A program made the translations under genes and the position numbers. 64,000 nucleotides of DNA from a virus. How positions within the stretch are numbered: position 1 is the stretch's first letter; each line of letters starts with the position of its first letter. Under the pieces are notes generated by a model that ran no database searches, was not told the origin of the DNA, and worked only from the letters and a program-made list of their open reading frames with translations. Below, one piece after another: positions 18,332 to 28,400 of the stretch. The stretch lies in IMG/VR virus record IMGVR_UViG_3300032222_000151, positions 32,001 to 96,000 of that record, one strand, 5' to 3'.

Positions 18332-18988
18332 TTACCAATCTGCGTTGGTAGATGAAGTTACAGATGGGCCATCAAAGCCCAAATAGTATGCTTCTTGCTC
18401 GGCATAAGGAATCTTCTTAAGTGCTGACTCAAGAGGATAAGGCTCAATGTCCTTCCAATCAAATGGTTCCTTGTCTGGTGCTGATGGAATAAGTGTGTAA
18501 TTAGTTTCAGTTCCCTGACCATTACGCTTTAACTTCCATAGTACGTTTGAGATGCTACCTGTTTCTAGTGCATACTCACGAATTGTATTGAATGATGACT
18601 GCTTGCTGATACCCATTGACCAGATTGCAACATATGGTGCTTCAATTCCATCGTCAACTAATACGTTGCAATAGAAGCGAAGACGGCCACGCCATCCAGC
18701 CTTTGGATCCTTGCGGTGCATTTCTTCTGCCCAGTCACGGCCTTCTGATTCCATTGTATCTACAGCCTTGCGCTTATAGTCCTTTGGATTTACGTGCTCC
18801 TTAACAACAAGTGCTAGTCCACGCTTTTCGTTATAGTTTGCAGAATCTTCATCGAGTTCTTCAATGAATCGAATCTTTACAGACTGACCATCTGCAAGTT
18901 TTAGCCACTTTACCTTTGGCCCGTCGTTTTCATACTTTGGCTTGTCGAGCAGGGCATTAATGTTCTTGAGTCCCTTTACTACGCTCAT
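18332..18988 (-). CDS. Single-stranded DNA-binding protein (gp32-like)
   Basis: WLKLADGQSVKIRF, KRNGQGTETNY, acidic/aromatic C-terminal tail, located between primase and polymerase. Confidence 0.7.
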   Translation of the reverse strand: MSVVKGLKNINALLDKPKYENDGPKVKWLKLADGQSVKIRFIEELDEDSANYNEKRGLALVVKEHVNPKDYKRKAVDTMESEGRDWAEEMHRKDPKAGWRGRLRFYCNVLVDDGIEAPYVAIWSMGISKQSSFNTIREYALETGSISNVLWKLKRNGQGTETNYTLIPSAPDKEPFDWKDIEPYPLESALKKIPYAEQEAYYLGFDGPSVTSSTNADW

Positions 18989-19011
18989 ATTATTCTCCTT
19001 TGTTTGTTATA

Positions 19012-19956
19012 TTAGTTTAGCATAACTGATATGGATTTGTCAAACTGAAACTCCAAACCTGCAAGTTCATCATCTGGCATATCTCCAATATCTTTATACT
19101 GATTGTTTAGTTTAATAACAGAAACACGGCTAGAAAGTTTTTCAACTATCCTATCCTTCATGTTTCCTCCCGCCTCATCGTTATCAGCAATAACAATTAT
19201 GTTATTGAAATACTTCTGAAGCAATTCTATTTGTGTGCTTGAAACATTAGCGCCAAGAGTTGCTACTGCTGGCAAACCAACCTGATCAAGCCTGATGGCA
19301 TCAAATGAAGACTCCACTACATATACTCTATCAGATTTCTTAACACGATGCAAGTTAAAAAGTGTTTTACTTTTTGGAAGTCCTGGAGTATTTTTAAAAT
19401 CTTTTCCTTCAATAGATCTTCCAACAAACCCTAGTGGTATTCCGTCTGGGCTATGAACTGGAACGGTAACCATGTCTTGTTTTTCTGAATACCCTAATGC
19501 AAACTTAATACATGAAGACTTTTCAATTTTTCTATATGTAAAATAATTTTTTGCTCTTTCAGAAGCAACTAGATTATTATGCAATCTTTTAATGATTAAC
19601 TCATCAAATGTTTTGTACTGCTCTTCTTTTACAAGAACCTTATCAATTTCTGTAGTAATATTGGTTAACTTTTCTTTGCTTTTGATAAATCTTGCAGACT
19701 CAAAGTATGTTCTTCCAGATGTGTGCATGACTAATTCTATAAGGTCTGCAGATTTTTGACAAGAAAAACAGAAAAACATTCCGCTATCTTTTTGTACTTC
19801 TCCTGCTGGTGTTCTGTGATTATTATGAAATGGACAAAAGATCATGTAGTCTGCATCAAGTTCAGACTCTACTGTTATACCCGATCCTGTAAGGACTCTT
19901 TTGACTTGCTCTGCTGTGTATAGATTGGCTTGATTCCGTCTACCCCTGCTATCCAT
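19012..19956 (-). CDS. dnaG: DNA primase
   Basis: CPFH...CFSC zinc finger, TOPRIM VVESSFDA and DNDEAG. Confidence 0.92.
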   Translation of the reverse strand: MDSRGRRNQANLYTAEQVKRVLTGSGITVESELDADYMIFCPFHNNHRTPAGEVQKDSGMFFCFSCQKSADLIELVMHTSGRTYFESARFIKSKEKLTNITTEIDKVLVKEEQYKTFDELIIKRLHNNLVASERAKNYFTYRKIEKSSCIKFALGYSEKQDMVTVPVHSPDGIPLGFVGRSIEGKDFKNTPGLPKSKTLFNLHRVKKSDRVYVVESSFDAIRLDQVGLPAVATLGANVSSTQIELLQKYFNNIIVIADNDEAGGNMKDRIVEKLSSRVSVIKLNNQYKDIGDMPDDELAGLEFQFDKSISVMLN

Positions 19957-20228
19957 TCACTATTCCTTTTCCCTGCGTAAACTGCATGTATTGATAATTC
20001 AAACTCAAAAACTTTCTTCTTATCATTATATCCTATTGTGAAGTCTGGGTCAAGGTCAAGCCTTGGAACATATCCACTTAGCCTCATTTCTGATACTAAT
20101 AGTCTTATGTATTCTAATTTTAGTCTGCCAATTGCTGCTTCATCGTGAATAACCCCATCAAGATAGAACTTCTTGATAGCCTTATGGTGATAGAAGGTTG
20201 GAGAGTTAATCTCTTTGCTTTTGGACAT
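19875..20228 (-). CDS. Hypothetical protein
   Basis: ORF between helicase and primase, same strand. Confidence 0.65.
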   Translation of the reverse strand: MSKSKEINSPTFYHHKAIKKFYLDGVIHDEAAIGRLKLEYIRLLVSEMRLSGYVPRLDLDPDFTIGYNDKKKVFEFELSIHAVYAGKRNSEWIAGVDGIKPIYTQQSKSKESLQDRV

Positions 20229-20240
20229 ACCATATTATAA

Positions 20241-21461
20241 CTACTTATCTTCAAAATCTTTGTACCTATAGTATCCCTTGTCGAAGTCACACTGGACCAA
20301 AAAGTCTCCCATAAATCCGTTACGGTTCTTCCTAAATGCACATTCGATAATGTCGCTGTTTGCTCCACGGCCTAGGGCAAGAACCCAGTCAGCATCATAG
20401 GCAATCTGTCTAGACCATGCCGTTTGACCCAGTGTAGGGACTGTGGAGAGGTCGTTAACATCATCTGGTGTTGCAGATGAGATAGCAATAATTGGAACTT
20501 CTTCACCAATAGCCATTAATTTAAGTTCTCTTGAAAGGTTCTTCATTCGTACCGTTTCATTATCTGACTTCTGATTAGGAGCCATCAACTGAAGGTAGTC
20601 AACGATTACAAAGTCTGGCTTGTACTGATCAATCTTTCCACGAAGAACAGAAGGGTTGATTTCTCCACCACTATCATTTGAGATAATGTGAAACTCTGGC
20701 TTGCCAGCAAGGTTATTTGCATGCCAATCTTTTAACATGTCAATCTCAATCTCGCCGTTACTAATCTTTCTGTGTGACCACCTGCCTTCGCCCATAATTG
20801 TAAACACACGATTACGAACTTCTGTCTCAGACATTTCAAGAGAGATTACCATTGGAGACTTGCCCTGCTTCCATGCTTGAACAGCAAAGTAAAGTGCAAG
20901 CCATGACTTTCCAATACCTGGGTATGCAAGGAACACACCAAGTTGTCCTGGCATAATTCCAGAGGGTAGGTAGTTATCAAAACCTGGAAGACCTGTCTTA
21001 ATTCCAGAAAGTCCTAGTGCTTGCTGCTTCTTAACATTTTCAAAGTAAGCAATTGCAGACTCAAGATCTGTTACATCGATATCACGAATTGCAGCAGTAT
21101 TCTTTTTTAGTTCTGATGTCTTTGTGATTAGTTCGTTAAGCGCACCAGTTCCATTATTGTTCTGAATCTCTGATGCTGCTGATCTAATAATATCTTTAAG
21201 GCTGTCTGTCAGGTACTCTCCCTGAAGTTCTTCAAGGTGATGCTTTGTCGCACCTACACCTGCTACTGGCTCAAAGTCTCTAAACTTCTCTGTAACAAGT
21301 TCTGCTGGTGGAAGCACTGAGTTGTTCTCAAAATATAGTCTTACAAAGTTCCAAATGTCTCCGTGAGTTCTTAGAAGATTGTCAACATTTGCCTGAAGAA
21401 GAACATGGATCTGTTTGTCTTTCAGAACAGCCGTAAGTAGTTTTGCCTCTGTGTTATTCAC
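20241..21461 (-). CDS. dnaB: Replicative DNA helicase
   Basis: AYPGIGKS, ISLEM, IVDYLQLM, SRELKLMA, KNRNG. Confidence 0.95.
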   Translation of the reverse strand: MNNTEAKLLTAVLKDKQIHVLLQANVDNLLRTHGDIWNFVRLYFENNSVLPPAELVTEKFRDFEPVAGVGATKHHLEELQGEYLTDSLKDIIRSAASEIQNNNGTGALNELITKTSELKKNTAAIRDIDVTDLESAIAYFENVKKQQALGLSGIKTGLPGFDNYLPSGIMPGQLGVFLAYPGIGKSWLALYFAVQAWKQGKSPMVISLEMSETEVRNRVFTIMGEGRWSHRKISNGEIEIDMLKDWHANNLAGKPEFHIISNDSGGEINPSVLRGKIDQYKPDFVIVDYLQLMAPNQKSDNETVRMKNLSRELKLMAIGEEVPIIAISSATPDDVNDLSTVPTLGQTAWSRQIAYDADWVLALGRGANSDIIECAFRKNRNGFMGDFLVQCDFDKGYYRYKDFEDK

Positions 21462-21762
21462 TTAACCACTCCTTTGCCATTCGTCTGCGTTCTGCTCTTT
21501 CTTCACTGTCTTTAACTTTGTCTTTTTGTGCCTGCAATATTTTTTCTGCATTATATGCAAAGTAATTCCACGATGGATTCTCTGCAACTGAAAAGTAATA
21601 CTCAAGTATATCGTAGCATCCTGGTAATGTATATGACTCAACAAGGGCATCTGATGCCCATTGCTCTACATTAAGGTTTAGGGATGGCTTTGATTCGTAC
21701 CTTGCGGTATGATACTTGCTGTATCTTGAAAGCAAAGCCATGCGGTCTTTGCGTTCTGCCAT
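21454..21762 (-). CDS. Hypothetical protein (possible helicase loader)
   Basis: Coupled to the dnaB start; function inferred from position only. Confidence 0.65.
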   Translation of the reverse strand: MAERKDRMALLSRYSKYHTARYESKPSLNLNVEQWASDALVESYTLPGCYDILEYYFSVAENPSWNYFAYNAEKILQAQKDKVKDSEERAERRRMAKEWLSE

Positions 21763-21971
21763 TATCCTTCAGCAGCCTCCGATTGGGCTTCAAGAATCTT
21801 TGCAGTTAGTTTATCTTCAACAAACTTGTAGACTCGCTCAAAAGCCTGATCAGTGTTTTCTCCATCACGCTTTGAATCTACAACTCCAAGATCTAGTCTT
21901 AGTGATTGAAAGTTTCCTAGGTTAAGTGTGTACCCAAGTGTTACAGATACCTTTGTTGATTCGTTTTCCAT
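21762..21971 (-). CDS. Small hypothetical protein
   Basis: MENESTKVSVTLGYTLNLGNFQSLRLDLG; start refined to ATG 21971. Confidence 0.7.
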   Translation of the reverse strand: MENESTKVSVTLGYTLNLGNFQSLRLDLGVVDSKRDGENTDQAFERVYKFVEDKLTAKILEAQSEAAEG

Positions 21972-21984
21972 TTTATACCCTTCG

Positions 21985-22527
21985 TTAAATAGATTCGTTC
22001 CAAATTGGAATAAACCGTCCATCTTCTGTTCTCGTATATGTAAGTATACCATCGCCCATTCTGCGTGTCAACTCTTGTTTGCTAGGCGTAATATCATTTG
22101 TAATTAACTTATCTTTTCTTGGTCTGCCCATATGATAAGAAGCAAGTATATCACGAATCTCTCTTACTTGGGATTCTGAGTAATACGACCTTACCTGAAA
22201 TCCTCTTGCACCACCCTTTTGAGAACCCGTTGGGAAAGGAATAACTCCTCGCTTCATTAAATCTGGTAGATATTTTTTATGACGATTAACTAAATCAGCA
22301 GTCTGACCTACTGTATATGCTCGTTCTCTTTTATTTTTAAACTCATTAATTAGACAACTCTCAATCTGATCTTTGGTAATATTATAAACAGACATAATTC
22401 CATTAGACTTATTGAGATGATGTATTCTAACAAGGTCTCCGTTAAGAAACCAAACCTTTTTGTTACCTGGTATTACAGGTGACTCATTGTATTTTTCGCT
22501 CTCAATTGTTCCCTTTTTAGTAACCAT
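21985..22527 (-). CDS. MerR-like HTH DNA-binding protein
   Basis: YTVGQTADLVNRHKKYL...G.IP...RSYYSESQV. Confidence 0.65.
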   Translation of the reverse strand: MVTKKGTIESEKYNESPVIPGNKKVWFLNGDLVRIHHLNKSNGIMSVYNITKDQIESCLINEFKNKRERAYTVGQTADLVNRHKKYLPDLMKRGVIPFPTGSQKGGARGFQVRSYYSESQVREIRDILASYHMGRPRKDKLITNDITPSKQELTRRMGDGILTYTRTEDGRFIPIWNESI

Positions 22528-22664
22528 TGTCCCTCCAATGTGTGGCTAGGTGGGTGGAAGAAAAATCTCATTCCGCAAAGCATACAATAAATCTCTATAT
22601 GATTAATCTCTGTATACTGCCTATCTACAAACATTCTTCCTTTGCATTTTTTACATGAAATCAT
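22473..22664 (-). CDS. Small zinc-finger protein
   Basis: CKKC.GRM...CMLCG. Confidence 0.7.
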   Translation of the reverse strand: MISCKKCKGRMFVDRQYTEINHIEIYCMLCGMRFFFHPPSHTLEGQWLLKREQLRAKNTMSHL

Positions 22665-23107
22665 TAATTAGGTATTCCAACTACTATTAGGTTAATTCCA
22701 ATACTAGTATCTCCACCAGTATTAAACTTAACAGTTCCTTCTACCTTAGATGTTGATACGCTTTTTAGCGTTACCGTGACATCTTTACCAGCATCTGTAT
22801 TTCCTATATTAATTGGTGTTGCAGTTACCACAGGTGCGAATTTAAAGTCCGTTGGGAAGTCATAGGAGAATGACTGAGAGGATCCAGCGGTCTGGGTTGT
22901 ACTTGTAGTTACCTGAACGTATCCACCGATTATACGGGCCTCTGAAGCCTTTACACTCTGCTTTCCAGAAGTAGGGGTGTCAACAGTTACATACTTATAT
23001 GTTGAAGGTGATACCTGAACAGACAGATCATTAATAGCCTTAACAATCTGGTAGATGTATGTAACATCTAAGGGCTGTCCTCTTTCTGGTACGGGTAGAA
23101 TTGCCAT
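22664..23107 (-). CDS. Putative minor tail protein (gp53/H-lectin-like beta domain)
   Basis: FPTDFKFAPVVTAT...NLIVVG; end of the tail block. Confidence 0.55.
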   Translation of the reverse strand: MAILPVPERGQPLDVTYIYQIVKAINDLSVQVSPSTYKYVTVDTPTSGKQSVKASEARIIGGYVQVTTSTTQTAGSSQSFSYDFPTDFKFAPVVTATPINIGNTDAGKDVTVTLKSVSTSKVEGTVKFNTGGDTSIGINLIVVGIPN

Positions 23108-23113
23108 ATTATA

Positions 23114-23122
23114 ATTATACCA
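23114..23122 (-). promoter_or_regulatory. Extended -10 TGgTATAAT, leaderless geometry
   Basis: 6 nt between the -10 and ATG 23107. Confidence 0.6.
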
Positions 23123-23546
23123 GAGACCTTACTCCAGAATCATAAACCTTAATTGATGAGTTTATTTCTGGCTTAATCGAAGATATCTGTACAACAACTC
23201 TTACTGAGGCTGTACCATTTTTTAAAAATGAATAACTTGAGGTGTTCGATGTTCCAACATACGATGGGGCTGCACCATCAAATCCAGCAAAAACATCATA
23301 CTGAACTTGGATTGCGACATCTGAACCATTTGACCAGTTTACAAGAATTGTATTTCCAATAACATTTAAATCTCCTGGCAAGACCAATACGGGCTGAGAT
23401 CCAACTAAAAATATTTGAGACCACGCAGACTTTCTGTTTTTATCTTCTGCAACAAGTCTAAATCTTGCCACTCTACCATTTTCAGATGTTACTTTTCCTA
23501 AGAACTCTTTCTTTACGATAACATTCTTTATTCCTGGATCAGCCAT
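23115..23546 (-). CDS. Putative minor tail protein
   Basis: Beta-rich, FN3-like, coupled within the tail block. Confidence 0.55.
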   Translation of the reverse strand: MADPGIKNVIVKKEFLGKVTSENGRVARFRLVAEDKNRKSAWSQIFLVGSQPVLVLPGDLNVIGNTILVNWSNGSDVAIQVQYDVFAGFDGAAPSYVGTSNTSSYSFLKNGTASVRVVVQISSIKPEINSSIKVYDSGVRSLV

Positions 23547-24895
23547 TATAGAACATCCAAAGAGAATCTAAACTCTATATAGTTTGTTGTGTTTGCTGAC
23601 TTAATGATTGTTTTTGCATCTGCATTTTTAATTACAGAGTATCCAGTTAATCCGTAGACAGAGTTTGTTGATGTAACATTTTCTAGTCTAACCGCATCTA
23701 AACATACATAGAAATCTGATGTAGGCTCTTCGTCCTTAATTACGCATGCATATATTCTTACAGTATTGATTTCTGACCAAGAGAAGTCTGTGCTCTTGTA
23801 CAAATCCTGAAGTTCTTTTGATACAACAAAATATCTATTTTCAGAAAAATCATTGTCTTCTCCAGAAACAACTGCCTCAAACCTAGCCCATTTTCCAGTT
23901 CCAAATGTTCCAGTTGATGAAAACTCTATCATGATTCGAACCTCATCTGGAATTGTTACTGCTTCTCCATTTTTATTTATAACAGAAAAAGCAAGCCGTA
24001 GTTCATCTGTTGGAGAGTTTTTGCTAAAGTCAATTGTTGTGTCGCTGAGTTGAATAAAGTTTGATCCAGTCTCTGCTATCAAATGATTTTCAGAGTTTAT
24101 GGTTATGTCAGAATTGTTTCCTGATATTGCAAAAATATTATTTAAAAATCTACATCTTTCATATCGTGCAACTCTATCAGAGTTAGTAAAAACTTTATTG
24201 TCTGCATTGGTTTGAAAAACTGGATATATTTGATTTATTATGTTTGTTTCAACATCATTAATTAAATAGCCAGCAGACACAAAAGTACCAGTAACTGATG
24301 ACGGGGCAGTTGATATAGTAAACGTAGTTGGCGTTGGCACTGTTGCAATGTTTTTGTTTGATAAATTAAATACAACTGGAGATATCTCAGATATTGAAAT
24401 CTCAGTTCCTACAGATAGTCCGTGTGCTGCGTCAGTTGTGTATGTTATTGTTGTTCCAGATGCTACGGCATTTATTATTCTTACAACTCTATCATCTAGT
24501 GGCTCATAAATAGAAGGAATTTCTGTTCCCTGTGATGAGTATTTCCATCCTTCTGAATCAGAAAATGAATAAACATTCTTGCTATCAAACGATCCAGCAG
24601 CAGGATTTGAGGCTGCAGAAAATATTCCTACCTCTGTTATCTCATATCTTTCCTGAGTTGGTAACTCTGCTGTAAGAACAACCTTTGATACCCCGCCCTC
24701 ATTGACGAATCCACGAGATATGATTGGCACACGAAACATTTCAAAGTCAAGTGATTTCTTGTCTGAGTAATCTCCTAGTGTTCCGTCTAGCGGTATAGGA
24801 GATGGTCCACAGCCGACTGCAATATGGGAGGCATAAGATGGTGTTTGACCTACAAGGTACTTTGCTAGGATATTCTTACCTGTATTAGTTATCAT
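23546..24895 (-). CDS. Putative tail/baseplate protein
   Basis: MITNTGKNILAKYL...IAVGCG...ITEVGIFS N-terminal tail-fibre-attachment-like motif. Confidence 0.65.
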   Translation of the reverse strand: MITNTGKNILAKYLVGQTPSYASHIAVGCGPSPIPLDGTLGDYSDKKSLDFEMFRVPIISRGFVNEGGVSKVVLTAELPTQERYEITEVGIFSAASNPAAGSFDSKNVYSFSDSEGWKYSSQGTEIPSIYEPLDDRVVRIINAVASGTTITYTTDAAHGLSVGTEISISEISPVVFNLSNKNIATVPTPTTFTISTAPSSVTGTFVSAGYLINDVETNIINQIYPVFQTNADNKVFTNSDRVARYERCRFLNNIFAISGNNSDITINSENHLIAETGSNFIQLSDTTIDFSKNSPTDELRLAFSVINKNGEAVTIPDEVRIMIEFSSTGTFGTGKWARFEAVVSGEDNDFSENRYFVVSKELQDLYKSTDFSWSEINTVRIYACVIKDEEPTSDFYVCLDAVRLENVTSTNSVYGLTGYSVIKNADAKTIIKSANTTNYIEFRFSLDVL

Positions 24896-25411
24896 TTAAT
24901 TTCCTCCACTATATATTGTACCATCATAGACATCTCCACTTGTCAACACCTGAACCTCTGCCTGCTCGCCATCTTTTATATTTATAAGGTTAATTATTAA
25001 GTCTCCACTTATTGGATCTATATATACAGACTTGCAATTTGGAACCTTCACACCGTCGACCAAATCATAACCATTTCCACATTCTGGCAAGTGATCTAAT
25101 ATAGAAAGAGATAAAGACTTAAAGAATGAGTCTGAAGACTGAAGCCTCAGAACATTGTTAGGATTATATTGCAAGTATAAATCTGTTAAGTTTTTGATTG
25201 GTGTGTATATAATCTTTTGACCATTAACCAAGTCGTGTCTAGAGATTGTTGCTAGTTCGTGTCCACCAATATCTTCAAATATTAGGTCTGTCATTATATC
25301 GATAGACATAACATCTTGATCTTGAAGAATTAAATCAGGAGTAGCAATTTTTACTGAATCATCATCTTCTGATGCTTTTGGATCTGGAAGATCTGCTGTT
25401 GCATTAACCAT
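24896..25411 (-). CDS. Putative minor tail protein
   Basis: Position in the tail block. Confidence 0.55.
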   Translation of the reverse strand: MVNATADLPDPKASEDDDSVKIATPDLILQDQDVMSIDIMTDLIFEDIGGHELATISRHDLVNGQKIIYTPIKNLTDLYLQYNPNNVLRLQSSDSFFKSLSLSILDHLPECGNGYDLVDGVKVPNCKSVYIDPISGDLIINLINIKDGEQAEVQVLTSGDVYDGTIYSGGN

Positions 25412-25413
25412 TA

Positions 25414-28400
25414 CTATACCACCTCACTTAAGAACAATGTCATGTCTGGCCCATCTGGACCTTTTGTATAATCTATATTATATACTACAAACCTACTTGA
25501 TGGTGATGACACCATGCTTACACCCTTTTCTTCATAGTCAAGTGTAACGATATCTCCAAGTTGTATTGTTGGTATTGCAAAAATCTTAACTCCTACAGAC
25601 CTTCTAGGCTTGGTTATTTTTTCAACAAGCCACTTCATCAAGGTGTTTGCTTCATCATAAGACTGAATATATGGTGTGTCTAAAGCAAAATCCATTTTAC
25701 CGTATGTCATTCTGCTTAACTTTATGTCCTGATAGTCTTGTTTAAATTTATATGGATTAGATATTAATTTTTCTGCAGCAAACTCAGGATTTGACAACAT
25801 ACTATTTCTATTAAAATATTCATCAAGAGTTATCTTGTTTTCAGACTCCTGAGTAAATGTAACGCCCTGAACTCTAAGATAGTTTCCAGTTGTCTCATCT
25901 AGACTTATGGCTGTGTCTGTTGCATTAAATATTATGAACTCTGCGCCGTATGAGCCAGCCCTGAATCCTGATACAACATACCCCTTTATTTTATTAAAGG
26001 TTGGAGATATTTTTGCTGTTAAGGCTGGGAAGGCTTTGTCATACTTAAAGTTAAATGTTGCTGCTTCTCTCATTATGCTTCCAAACTCTTCAAAATATAT
26101 TTTATACTTTGGTGCTTCGGAAGTTCCAATTCCAGATAGATATGTGTTTTGAATTAGTCCGCTAAGAGCATACTTTCTGAAAGATTCATTGACATCAATA
26201 TCTGAGTCTCCAAAAACTGAGTTGACTGGCGCACCAAGAGAGAATGTGGTGTTCTGTGAATAGTTGTTGCACAGAGCATAGACATTTTCAAACATAGCCC
26301 TTGATGATCCTCGTGAGAACAAAGCAATGTTTGAGTATACTGGCAGTGGCTCAAGGTCATCTACAGTCTTAATTAGTCTGCCATTCATGTATAGGTAGAA
26401 TCTTCTTGTTCTCCCTATGTCTTCATATTCTACTGCTAAATCGTATACCGTTGGATTTTCCTCAGCAACAATTCTTGACTGTCCTGTAAATCTTCCATCG
26501 TCAACAGTGATCTGACCAAGACCATCCCACAACTTTACTGGGATTGCCTTTCCGTTTTCTGATTTAATCTTATAAAAGAAAACATTGCTTACAGTTTCTC
26601 TTTCTTCTTCAGAAAGATTTCCAACTCCTAGAGCAGCAATTTCAAAGTAGTATCCTACGTTTGTTGTTGGATTTAGCATGAAAGCAAGACCACCAGAACC
26701 TCCAGATATATTAATGTTTTTATCTGGTGTGCTACCCTTTACAACATAATATGTAGAAGATCCATTTGATGTTTGTCCTCTGTCAGCATTGTTTTCTATC
26801 TTGCCAACTAGTCTCATTCTTGTTCCAAAATGCTTGTATTTGTTTTCCTCTAACGATCTATGAACGTAAGAGATAAAGTCTCTTGGCTTTTCTTTAGTGG
26901 TAAAGTTTGGTCCAGTAAGAGAGAGCGCTGAAGACTGAAGTGTTCCACTTTGAACCTGGGTAGAAGTGTTAACCTCTTCTATAAAAGATGTTGACATAAA
27001 GTTTTTAATAATTCCGCTTCTAGAAGAAGTTCGTGCTAGAGCATCTGAAGAAACTCCAGCCCCAGTTGTTTTACCTGCTGCAGAAATTGTTGTTGTTGGA
27101 ATTGTCAAATCTTTTTCAAATAGATATTCTGATGCCATAGAGCATCCCTTAACGTTATCGTCTGACTTCCAGTAATCTGCTATTCCAGCAGAGTGTGCAA
27201 CAATCTGAGTTCCAAACTGACCACGACCATGCTTTTGAACATCTCCATTTTGTAAGGCGATGACTCCATCCTTCTCAAAATACTTTGGCTCAGAATATAT
27301 TCTTACTAGGCCAGTTGGATATATCTTTCCATTAAATGGCAACTTTGCAAAATAGTTTTGATAATCTTCTGTAGATGTTATCCACACATTGCCAAACCCA
27401 GAAACATTATATTGCACTGCATCATACTTTATAATTTCTCCTTGAGAGTAAAAGTATCCATTGTATCGTGTAATCCAGTAGGCTGCTTCTCCAAGACTAA
27501 GAGTATTGTTTATAACAATATTGTTTTTAACAACTGGAACATCTGCTGAAAGATCTGAGTTTAAAGGAATTGCACTTAGAACATATGCTGATTGAGTTCC
27601 TACTTCATTATTGATAGACTTTGTATTTTGACTTCCAGAAACTTCCCATAGCAGTGATGGCTTATATGTGTAGTATCTTTCATTATCTACAAGGCTTGCT
27701 TGTCTTAAAGATCCAATAGATCTTTGAATATGTCTTACCTTATAATTTATTACTCCGTCATTATATACAGAGTTGGCTTGTGTTGATACAGAAATTATGT
27801 TAGCCAACTTTGTCTTTGTTGTTTTGTTTTTAAGTTCTCGATCTTCTATAAAATCTTGTGTTCCCTGGAGTGCAAAGGTGGCTGGTCTTTGTGCTGCAGT
27901 TGGCATAATGTAGTCTTTACTCATCATTACAAAGTTGTTGTATTCGTCAAAAAACATTGCTGTCTGAGTTGATATAGCCAAATCCTGAAGAACCTGTGCA
28001 ACACTTTTATCTGGAGCAACAAAAAAATATGGAATAATTATTTCTTTTTCGTTCGCCACTCTTTTAAATGTATAGTTTGAAAATCCTATATGGTCTAAAA
28101 GCAAAGATACTGCAGAACTTACTGACACTTCTGTCATTAAAATTTCTGGAGCAGTTAATGACTCAAGGTACCAATACATATCTCTAAGAGACATTGACAC
28201 ACGCTTTGACATTAGATCTTGCTTTGGAAATGAGTCTGAGTATAGCGTCTTTATTGGAACATAATAATCCCAACCATCCACATCAACAATTACCTCATAA
28301 AACTTAAACTGAGCATGCCTGTTAATATACTTTGAAATAATGCTAGTTGTATTATTAGAGTTAAAGGCTTGATCATAATCAAATAAAGTTATCTGTCCAT

